From Bryobacterales bacterium (GTDB lineage Bacteria > Acidobacteriota > Terriglobia > Bryobacterales > UBA6623): 64,000 bases of DNA. This document shows, in pieces, positions 16,433-24,611 of the stretch. The notes beneath the pieces are model-generated. The model saw only the letters and a program-made list of their open reading frames with translations. It searched no databases and was not told the DNA's origin. Position 1 is the stretch's first letter; every line of letters begins with the position of its first letter. The stretch lies in contig CBDBZZ010000069.1 in the NCBI GenBank assembly GCA_965213745.1, positions 3,053 through 67,052 on the forward strand. Reading direction: 5' to 3'. The translations under genes and the position numbers were made by a program.

Positions 16433-19018
16433 CTAGCGATCCCTCCCCGACTGCCCGGGCGGCCCGGCAGACCTAGAAGACCCGCCGGCGCTGGAGGCAC
16501 CCGGGCTGTACGAGGGCCGGGACGCAGAGCCAAATGAACCGCGCGCGGGCCTCGGACTGCCGCCGGACGAGGGCGAGCGGCCCGACGGGGAGTTCATCCG
16601 AGCTGGCCCGGTGCTGCGGCTCGGGGCTGACGCACGAGGCGGCCTCGAGCGGGTCGAGGTGGTGGAACGCGGCGAAGAGCTCTGCCTCGAACGGGTCGCC
16701 GTCGGGGCGGACCTGGAGGGCACCCGGGAGCCACTGCTCGGGATCCGGTATGTCGGGTGCGAGCTAGACCGCGAAGCGCTACGGCTCGAGGTGCCCACCG
16801 AGCCAGGGCCTCCTGTGCGGGCCGAGCCTGCCGGAGAGGACGGCCTCGGGCTAGCGGCGCGAGACCGCGAAGCGTGGACGCGGGACGATGTCCCGCCTCC
16901 CGCGGACACCCGCGGCCGAGCGCTCGGCCTGGCGGAAGAGGGCGCACTGGTCCTTGTAGGTATAGAAGACCTGCCGCTCGGGACAGTTGACTCGACTCGG
17001 CCAACGCTCCTCGAGGGAGTGCGGGCTCGCACAGACGGGGGCCCCGGGCGGGTGACTGAGGATCCTGGGCCACTCCTCCGGAGGTCCCGGCCGGCCCCGG
17101 TTGCCCCGATCCGCGATCGCGTTCTCGGAACGTACACGCTGGTGGGCGAACTAGGACGAGGAGTCGGTGAGCCTGCGCCGCTGGGAGTTGGCTGACGCGG
17201 CCGAGGATCCGCTCTTCCGGACGATGGGCTCCCGGCCCGGGCGCTGGCCCGCGGAAGGGACGGCGCACGCACGGCTGTCCCACTCCGGCTACTGCGAACC
17301 GAAGTGGTCGACGCGCGGCGACTCGAAGGCGTAGCCGCAGCCACTTGCCCGCCGCGCAGCGCGGCAGGGCCCGTCGCGTCGCTCTGTCCCAATCGGCGGC
17401 TTCGGGGCTGGGTGCGAGCGCTCGAGGTGGACGGGGGGGGCCGGCCCGCCGCACTCGCAGCGGTCGGCAGACGCTCTCGCGTCGCCGCGCCCCCGGGCGC
17501 CCGGACTGTGACCCCACCTCCCGCAAGCGTCCCCGTTCGCAAGCTCCGCGGGGTTGCCCTACCTCCGTCCGACGCGTCAAGCGGCCTGTTGCCAGATGTC
17601 TTCCGGAAGCCATCCACCGAGGCCCGGAGCCGTTCGCGCTGCATGTCGAAAGGAACGCCTCCCTCTCGCTCGCGAACGGGGCTCGAGACGGCCGCAGACA
17701 GGCGCCGGGCCGAGGGTGTCTCGCGAACCGAGGTGGAAGTGCGGATGATCCTCCCCTGGCTGGCGCGGTCCGGCACCACGGGGACAGGGCCCCGGATTGC
17801 CACCCCCTGCCCCAGGGCCGCCGTCCGCAACGCTCGAGGCGTCTGGCGGGCACCGCCACCCAGTGCCTGGGCATCAACGTACGACACTGCATGCCGACCG
17901 CGGGCATTGCGGTACACGTTGGTAATGCGGACGCTATTGTCCACAATGATCTGGTTGCGCTGCCTAGCTCCGGCCCAGGCGACATACCGCTCGCCCGGGG
18001 CTAGCGGGCACCAGCCGATCCGGCGGAAGCCGCCCGGCCAGCCCACCGGTACGCCATAATCGATGCCGAAGAAAGCGACCAGTGCGGGGCGCCATACGTG
18101 CCGAAGCCGCGGGTGCCCCGGGAACCAGCCCCAGCCGTAGGCTGCATGGCGATACCAGCGACCCCAGTGGTACGGGGCCCAGCCCCACGGCTCATGGCCC
18201 ACCCAGGTCCACCCGTACGGGCCCACCCAGATCCACCGACCATGGCGGTAGGGAACCCAGTCGACCCACACACGCGGGAACCAGCTGTAGCCGACCCCCA
18301 CTACGTACCGCCAGTCGCCGTATTGGTCGAGCAGGTCGGCACCGTAGATGTCGCGGCTGATGAACCGATACGTCCGGGCTCGCCTGAGGACCTTGTCACG
18401 CTCAGCAGCCCAGCGGTCCAGGGCATCCTTCGGGCGGATCTGGGCTGCTTCGGTCTGGAGACCGTCCGGACTGTCGCGCACGGTCAGGGCGCGCCCGCGA
18501 GCGAGAACTCGGGCACCGGCTTCAGTGGCTATCTCCGCCTCGCCCTGGCGAATCGCGACAACTGTGCTCTCCGGCCCGACCTCCACCCTGTACTGCCCCT
18601 TCTGCTGGGGGCGAACGGCGACGGAAGGCGTCTCGATGTCAATGTCCGCTTCGCTGTCCGACAGCTCGCTGTACAGCAGAGTGCCCTGCAGCAGGCGGAT
18701 GCGGAAACGCTGACGAGCCAGCTCCAGCAGCTCGACCTCAGTGTCGGGCCCCAGCCGGACGAAGTTGCCATAGTCCAGCTGCAGCTCGACCTTCGAGCCG
18801 CCCACCGATTGCACCGAGTCGCCCTGAACCACCGGCATATTGACTATCGCGGCGATCCAGTCTCCGGAGTCGCCCCGCTTGATCGCGATGTCGCCACTGG
18901 CAACACTCACCCTGGCGACGCCCACCGCAGGGCCAGTCGCACTGGAGTCGGCACTCGCCAGGGGGAGGCAGGCGACCACCAAGACCAAGACTGTTGACTT
19001 GCTGATCCCATCTCGCAT
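16433..19018 (-). CDS. FecR-domain protein with Trp-rich YxWGxW-type repeats; the annotated Ser/Arg/Pro-rich C-terminal tail is doubtful
   Basis: ATG 19018 with GGAGG 9 nt upstream. Signal peptide MRDGISKSTVLVLVVACLPLASA. FecR-like beta region (VSVASGDIAIKRGDSGDW..VELQLD). W-rich block YGWTWVGHEPWGWAPYHWGRWYRHAAYGWGWFPG. Below about 17.5 kb, codon-position GC no longer supports this frame. Confidence 0.55.
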   Translation of the reverse strand: MRDGISKSTVLVLVVACLPLASADSSATGPAVGVARVSVASGDIAIKRGDSGDWIAAIVNMPVVQGDSVQSVGGSKVELQLDYGNFVRLGPDTEVELLELARQRFRIRLLQGTLLYSELSDSEADIDIETPSVAVRPQQKGQYRVEVGPESTVVAIRQGEAEIATEAGARVLARGRALTVRDSPDGLQTEAAQIRPKDALDRWAAERDKVLRRARTYRFISRDIYGADLLDQYGDWRYVVGVGYSWFPRVWVDWVPYRHGRWIWVGPYGWTWVGHEPWGWAPYHWGRWYRHAAYGWGWFPGHPRLRHVWRPALVAFFGIDYGVPVGWPGGFRRIGWCPLAPGERYVAWAGARQRNQIIVDNSVRITNVYRNARGRHAVSYVDAQALGGGARQTPRALRTAALGQGVAIRGPVPVVPDRASQGRIIRTSTSVRETPSARRLSAAVSSPVREREGGVPFDMQRERLRASVDGFRKTSGNRPLDASDGGRATPRSLRTGTLAGGGVTVRAPGGAATRERLPTAASAAGRPPPSTSSARTQPRSRRLGQSDATGPAALRGGQVAAATPSSRRASTTSVRSSRSGTAVRAPSLPRASARAGSPSSGRADPRPRQPTPSGAGSPTPRPSSPTSVYVPRTRSRIGATGAGRDLRRSGPGSSVTRPGPPSVRARTPSRSVGRVESTVPSGRSSIPTRTSAPSSARPSARPRVSAGGGTSSRVHASRSRAASPRPSSPAGSARTGGPGSVGTSSRSASRSSSHPTYRIPSSGSRVPSRSAPTATRSRQSSSPRSTTSTRSRPPRASAPSRSTGPARMNSPSGRSPSSGGSPRPARGSFGSASRPSYSPGASSAGGSSRSAGPPGQSGRDR
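16473..17288 (-). pseudogene. Cryptic decayed gene (unknown family) in a different frame from the 919-aa ORF, with in-frame TAG codons
   Basis: Minus-strand codons whose lowest coordinate is 0 mod 3 give protein-like peptides: ..EEWPRILSHPPGAPVCASPHSLEERWPSRVNCPERQVFYTYKDQCALFRQAERR.. and ..PDIPDPEQWLPGALQVRPDGDPFEAELFAAFHHLDPLEAAS... Third-position GC is 18-20 of 20 in three sampled 60-nt windows. Internal TAGs at 17151, 16851, 16779 and 16764. Confidence 0.35.
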
Positions 19019-19656
19019 TGGACCTACCTCCATACCCCCTGTCCGACAGTGCTTGTTGGATGCGGCCCAACGCGATCGAGTTTCCCCGCAAAGCTCGGAT
19101 TTTCGAGCGGGAGCCGCCCGGCCTGCGGATTCTAGCGCAACGGGAGCCGCCTTGAGACTCCGACGCTCGCAGCCATGCTCGAGGCGCAGCACTTCCGTGC
19201 GCTACAGACCGCCCGGCCGGCATACGGCGCCATGGACGGTCTGCTGCCCCGGCGCAAGCGTCCGGGGCAACGCGGGCCCTGGCGGCGGCAGATCAGCAAG
19301 TTCGGGAGGCGGCGGCGCGATCCGCTGCCCCGCAACTTCGCAGTTGGGCCCCCGCAAGCCACCACCTCCAGCGGCGACCGCGTGGAGACCGGGGCAGCGC
19401 CACCAAGCCACCCTTGCCAACTGCACCTATCATCAATGCTAGAATCCGGTGCGCAAAAGTCGGCGCTGCAGCAGACTTGGGTCCCGACGGCAGCTCTCTC
19501 GGCAGTCCGCCTCGTTGCAGGCTCCTTCCCGGCCCATGGCATGATGATGGCGGACGCTTCAGCCAGGCGGCCGGTGACTGTTCGGCTGCCACGTCCACCG
19601 GCGGTAGGGCGCGATTTCCATGCGCCGCCCGACGAAAACCTTAGCGGGAGGGCCCC

Positions 19657-21135
19657 ATGCAGACTCGTCTAGTCGGTGTGCTGCGTTGCGCGCTGGTCTG
19701 CACGATCTCGGTGGCTGCGGCGCTCAACGCTCAGCCGACGTTCGACTTGGTCGTCTCTGGCGGGCGCGTCATCGACCCTGCATCGGGCCTCGACGCCATT
19801 CGGCATGTCGGAATCACGGCAGGCCGCATCGTAGCGGTCAGCGATGTCGCCTTGGCGGGACGGCGCGTGCTCGACGCCCAGGGCCTGGTCGTCGCACCGG
19901 GCTTCATCGATTTGCACCAGCACGGACAAACCCTCGCCAACTACGACGCCCAGATCCGCGACGGTGTGACGACCGCCTTGGAACTCGAGATCGGTGTCGA
20001 GGACATCGAAGCCTGGTACCAGGATCGTGCCGGCCAGGCGAGGGTTAACTACGGCGCAAGCATCTCGCACCCCTACTCCCGCCAATTGGCCACCGTAGGC
20101 AGCAACCCCGGCCTGTACGGCGACTCGCTGGCCGCTGAACTTTCGAGCGCCCAGCTACGAGCCTTGGAGTGGCGCCTCGAGCAGGGTCTGGACGAGGGCG
20201 CGGTGGCCGTGGGCTTCGGCCTCGCCTACACCCCGGGCGCAACGCGGGATGAGGTCGTCGCGATGTTCCGCATCGCGGCGCGCTACGGGGCCAGCTGCCA
20301 TGTGCATATGCGCACGGACCACACCACCTTCGGCAACCTCGAGGAGGTCATCCAGGCGGCCCGCGAGACCGGCGCGCCGGCGCATGTGGTGCATATCAAC
20401 AGCAGTGCGCGCGACAGGGTGCTGGACTACTTGGCGCTCATCGAGAAAGCCCGCGCCTCCGGCGTGGACATCACCACAGAAGCCTATCCCTACAACCGCG
20501 GCTCGACCCTGATCCAGTCCCACCTCTTCAATGACTGGGAACGGTATACCGACGAGCAATTCAGCCAGTTCATCTGGGTGTCTACAGGAGAGACCCTTTC
20601 CCGCGCCTCGTTCCCCGAACGGCGCAAGATCGGAGGCACGATCATCCTGCCGCCCATGTACAGCGAAGCAAGCGTGCGCCACGCCATCGCCAGCCCGCTG
20701 ACCGCCATCGCTAGCGACGGCATGTGGCTCAGCGGCGACAGAGCCCATCCGCGCACCTACGGGACGTTTTCGAGGGTCCTCGGACGGTATGTCCGAGAGC
20801 AACAGGCCCTCACGCTGCCAGAAGCCCTGCGGAAAATGACCGTCCTACCCGCGCGCCGCATCGAGAAGCGTGTGCCGGCGATGCGCAATAAAGGCAGAAT
20901 CCGCCCGGGCGCGGATGCGGATATCGTTGTCTTCGACGCCGACCTCATCATCGATCGAGGCACCTACGAGGACCCCGCCCAAAGCCCGGTCGGCATCCGG
21001 CACGTCATTGTGAATGGCTCGCCTACTCTTGTGGACGGCGAACTGGCGGATGGGGTTCACGCCGGCCGGCCTGTCCGCGCCCCGAGGGTCTACCGCGACC
21101 CGCCCGGGACGACTTGGCGGCGACCAGGGTACTAG
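19657..21135 (+). CDS. N-acyl-D-amino-acid deacylase (D-aminoacylase) family amidohydrolase, secreted
   Basis: ATG 19657. Signal peptide. Amidohydrolase start FDLVVSGGRVIDPASG..GRIVAV..VVAPGFIDLHQHG. C-terminal GRIRPGADADIVVFD. Confidence 0.8.
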   Translation: MQTRLVGVLRCALVCTISVAAALNAQPTFDLVVSGGRVIDPASGLDAIRHVGITAGRIVAVSDVALAGRRVLDAQGLVVAPGFIDLHQHGQTLANYDAQIRDGVTTALELEIGVEDIEAWYQDRAGQARVNYGASISHPYSRQLATVGSNPGLYGDSLAAELSSAQLRALEWRLEQGLDEGAVAVGFGLAYTPGATRDEVVAMFRIAARYGASCHVHMRTDHTTFGNLEEVIQAARETGAPAHVVHINSSARDRVLDYLALIEKARASGVDITTEAYPYNRGSTLIQSHLFNDWERYTDEQFSQFIWVSTGETLSRASFPERRKIGGTIILPPMYSEASVRHAIASPLTAIASDGMWLSGDRAHPRTYGTFSRVLGRYVREQQALTLPEALRKMTVLPARRIEKRVPAMRNKGRIRPGADADIVVFDADLIIDRGTYEDPAQSPVGIRHVIVNGSPTLVDGELADGVHAGRPVRAPRVYRDPPGTTWRRPGY

Positions 21136-21372
21136 TTCGCATGGGGGGGACGGATAGCCGTCAGCGAGGCGACCGGACCCATCTGCGCTGCGGCCCGCGG
21201 CGTCCCCCGGAAGAATCCAATTGCCTTGCTGCGCTTGCACAGCATCCCTCGCGAGCGATTCTCAAAGCGCTTATGCTCCGTACGCCCCCGCAGCGCCCCG
21301 CCACCCGGGAGCAGCTGCTGCAGGCAGGCGGCTCAGGCGTGACCCGCATTTCCACGGCGATGGCTGGCCGAG

Positions 21373-21448
21373 TGGTGAGGCGGCCGGGGCTCGAACCCGG
21401 GACCCACGGCTTAAAAGGCCGTTGCTCTACCAACTGAGCTACCGCCCC
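21373..21448 (-). tRNA. tRNA-Lys (anticodon UUU), CCA encoded
   Basis: The reverse complement folds as GGGGCGG-TA-GCTC-AGTTGGTA-GAGC-A-ACGGC-CTTTTAA-GCCGT-GGGTC-CCGGG-TTCGAGC-CCCGG-CCGCCTC-A-CCA (76 nt). The anticodon loop reads C-U-UUU-A-A. Confidence 0.9.
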
Positions 21449-22285
21449 CGCGTCAGCTCGCGGGACGAGGCATCCCGCTCTGCACTAATCTGGCGCTCTG
21501 CGGCTGCCCGCACTCCGCTACACCGCACCAATTTCTACCATCAGAGTAGCACCGCCGAACCAAACCCGAGTAAGACTGTACCGAGCGGGGATTGCTTAGT
21601 CTCGGGCAGGGGCAGGCACGCTTGCGTCCGGACGGAGTTGTGAACCGCTCCGCGACGAGTGCATGGATGCCGGCCGTAGCGTCCGGGAAGGAATTGGCTC
21701 TGCTCCAGGCTCCCGGATAGTCGCCCTCGCGGTGCAGCAGCAGGGCGCAAATCAACACGTCGTTTTGTTGAGCTGTCTCTCCTCGGTTCTCTCCTCACGG
21801 AAGCGGCTGGCCATGCAGAACGCCCGCAGGTCGCCGCCAGGAGCCTCGCTCGGGCAGGGCTCGTCGGCGCCGGCTAGGCGGAAGCAGACGACCTCATGCG
21901 CGTCTCGGGCACCCTGTTGGATCATGCCGCGCCAGCGCTGCCCTGGTTCCAGCTCCGTGCGTCGAGCGGGGCCGCAGCTGGCTCCCCGCCGCCGTGGGCG
22001 TTGGCGGGAAGCTCATGCTCAAGCATCGAGCGCTCAACCGACCCGCTTGCTGCGCACGGAATGGGCACCCGGCGCACTGCCGCTTCTAGACGTAATCTCC
22101 AGGATGCGGTGCGAGTCGGCACCATGCGGTGCGGATCTGCCGACCTCGGAACCGCCCGCCGTACCGACCCCCGGGATCGGTGAACCGACGGTCTGGCAAC
22201 CGCGAGACTCGGGGCTGGCCAAGGGCGCAACGGCCCGTCGCCACGCCTCCGCTCTAGCGCGGCCGCAGGTCGCGGCACTCCGCAT

Positions 22286-22318
22286 GCTACTCTGCTGCTA
22301 CTCTGCTGCTACTCTGCC
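22286..22318. repeat. 3 x 11-bp tandem repeat (GCTACTCTGCT/C)
   Basis: gctactctgct gctactctgct gctactctgcc, ending 22 nt upstream of the permease ATG. Confidence 0.9.
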
Positions 22319-22340
22319 GCGAGGGGATATCGCGCCCGTC

Positions 22341-23687
22341 ATGCCTGGAATGCAGCGCAGGCTAGGCCTGCTCAACGCCACGACCATCAACATGTCCAAC
22401 ATGGTCGGGGTGGGCCCGTTCATCGCGGTCGCCCTGATCCTGCAGACGCTGGAGGGTCCTCAGGCCTACCTCGCATGGGCGGTCGGAACCGCAATCGCCC
22501 TCGCCGATGGCCTCGTCGTCGCCGAACTCGGCGCGGCGGTTCCCGCCGCGGGAGGCACCTACGTGTTCCTGCGGGAAGGCTTCGGCCCGCGCACTGGGGG
22601 GCGCCTGCTCGCCTTCCTGTTCGTGTGGCAGATCCTGTTCGCCGGCCCGCTGGAGATCGCCACCGGCAGCATCGGGATGGTCCAATACCTCCAGGTGTTG
22701 GCGCCCGGGCTGGCCGGGCTCCCGGGAAAGCTTGCGGCCGCAGGCGTTTGCGCTCTCTTGGTAGTGGCGCTGTACCGCCGCATCGACGACATCGCTCGCC
22801 TGATGTTCTGGCTATGGTGCGCGATGCTGCTAACGACCGGCTGGGTCATCGTCACCGGCCTGCTCCGGTTCGACCCAGACCTCGCCTTCGCCTTGCCACC
22901 AGATGCATTCCGCGTCGACCTCGGCTTCCTCCAGGGGCTCGGGCAAGGCTCCGCCGAGGTGCTCTACCTGTTCCTCGGCTACTACCAAGTGTGCTACCTC
23001 GGAGCCGAGGTCCGCGACCCGGGCCGTACAATCCCTCGCGCCGTCCTGACCTCCATCCTGGCAGTGGCCGCGATCGACATTGCCATTTCCTGGAGCTTCA
23101 TCGGCGTCGTGCCCTGGCGCGAGGCGATGACATCGCAGTCTCTCGGGGCTCTCTTCGTGGAACGCGCTTGGGGCCCGCAGGCCGCGCAGGTGCTGTCCGG
23201 GCTCATCGTCGTCACCGCCTTCGGATCGGTGTTCGCGCTGCTGCTGGGCTACTCGCGGGTGCCGTACGCGGCCGCCCGGGACGGAGTGTTCTTCCGCGCC
23301 CTGGGCGAGCTGCACCCCACCAAGAATTTCCCGCACCGATCTTTGCTGCTGATCGGAGCGGGGGCGGCGGTTGCCAGCTTCTTCAGCCTCGACCACGTCA
23401 TCAAGGCCTTGATGGCCGCTCGCATCCTGATCCAGTTCCTCGGCCACACCATAGCCCTGTTCCGAGTGCGCACCCGCCGCCCGGACATCGAACGCCCCTT
23501 TCGCATGTGGGCCTACCCCCTGCCGGCCTGGGTCTCGCTCGTGGGCTATAGTTATGTTTTCCTCTCGCTGGGTGCCGTTTTCGTGCTGTTCGGAGTCGGC
23601 ACCCTGTGCTTAGGTGTGCTCGTGTACCTGGCGCTGGCGCGGCGACAACGGGAGTGGCCGTTCGCCGGTGCCGAACCCGCGAGCTGA
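22341..23687 (+). CDS. APC-superfamily amino acid permease
   Basis: ATG 22341. 448 aa with about 12 TM helices. N-terminal LNATTINMSNMVGVGPFI...GGTYVFLREGFG is typical of the amino acid/polyamine/organocation family. The 226 upstream codons of ORF 21663.. are not protein-like. Confidence 0.8.
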   Translation: MPGMQRRLGLLNATTINMSNMVGVGPFIAVALILQTLEGPQAYLAWAVGTAIALADGLVVAELGAAVPAAGGTYVFLREGFGPRTGGRLLAFLFVWQILFAGPLEIATGSIGMVQYLQVLAPGLAGLPGKLAAAGVCALLVVALYRRIDDIARLMFWLWCAMLLTTGWVIVTGLLRFDPDLAFALPPDAFRVDLGFLQGLGQGSAEVLYLFLGYYQVCYLGAEVRDPGRTIPRAVLTSILAVAAIDIAISWSFIGVVPWREAMTSQSLGALFVERAWGPQAAQVLSGLIVVTAFGSVFALLLGYSRVPYAAARDGVFFRALGELHPTKNFPHRSLLLIGAGAAVASFFSLDHVIKALMAARILIQFLGHTIALFRVRTRRPDIERPFRMWAYPLPAWVSLVGYSYVFLSLGAVFVLFGVGTLCLGVLVYLALARRQREWPFAGAEPAS

Positions 23688-23702
23688 AGCCCCACGCAAG
23701 CC

Positions 23703-24572
23703 ATGTCCGTTTCCATCGCCGCTGCAGTCCTGGCCATGACCCTCGCTTCCGCCACCCTCGCCGCCGAAGAGATCCGCGTCATCGCAATCGGTGCCCACCC
23801 CGACGACTGCGACATCAAGTCTGCCGGCCTCGCGGCAAAGTACACCGCCGCCGGCCACAAGATGAAGTTCGTGTCGGTGACCAACGGGGACGCCGGCCAC
23901 CAAGCCGAAGGTGGCGGCATGCTCGCCGCGCGCCGTCGCTCCGAAGCCCAGGAATCGGGCCGGCGGCTCGGCATCGAGTACGAAGTGCTCGACAACCACG
24001 ACGGCGAATTAGTGCCCAGCCTCGATGTACGCCTGCAGCTCATCCGCAAGATCCGGGAATGGGATGCGGACATCGTCATCTCGCCCCGGCCGAACGACTA
24101 CCATCCGGACCACCGGTACACGGGCATTTTGGTCCAGGACGCCTCGTACATGGTGACCGTGCCCAACATCGCCAGCGACACGCCCGCGCTGCGGAAGAAC
24201 CCTCTCTTCCTGTACTTCTCGGACGGCTTCCAGCGACCGCAGCCGTTCCGCCCAGACATCGTGGTGGCGATCGACGATGTGATCGAGGCGAAGTACGCCG
24301 CTCTCGACGCCCACGTGTCCCAGTTCTACGAATGGCTGCCCTGGCACGCAGGCATCCTCGACGAAGTGCCGAAGAGCCCTGCCAAGCGTCTCGAATGGCT
24401 CAAGTCCGCACGGCGCTTTGTGCTGTCGGACACCTGGCGGGAAGCGGCCCGGGCACGGTACGGGGATGCCGCGGATTCGATCCGCCATGCGGAGGCCTTT
24501 GAGATCACCGAGTACGGCTTGCAGCCCAGCGAGGAGCAGATCCGCAGGCTCATTCCGTTCTTCCCGAATTAG
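23703..24572 (+). CDS. PIG-L/LmbE family deacetylase with signal peptide
   Basis: Motifs AIGAHPDDCDI and NDYHPDHRY (zinc-binding PIG-L signature). N-terminal signal peptide MSVSIAAAVLAMTLASATLAA. Confidence 0.8.
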   Translation: MSVSIAAAVLAMTLASATLAAEEIRVIAIGAHPDDCDIKSAGLAAKYTAAGHKMKFVSVTNGDAGHQAEGGGMLAARRRSEAQESGRRLGIEYEVLDNHDGELVPSLDVRLQLIRKIREWDADIVISPRPNDYHPDHRYTGILVQDASYMVTVPNIASDTPALRKNPLFLYFSDGFQRPQPFRPDIVVAIDDVIEAKYAALDAHVSQFYEWLPWHAGILDEVPKSPAKRLEWLKSARRFVLSDTWREAARARYGDAADSIRHAEAFEITEYGLQPSEEQIRRLIPFFPN

Positions 24573-24611
24573 ACCGCAGAGCGGACCGCTTCCCGAAGGC
24601 CCGCAACCCCG

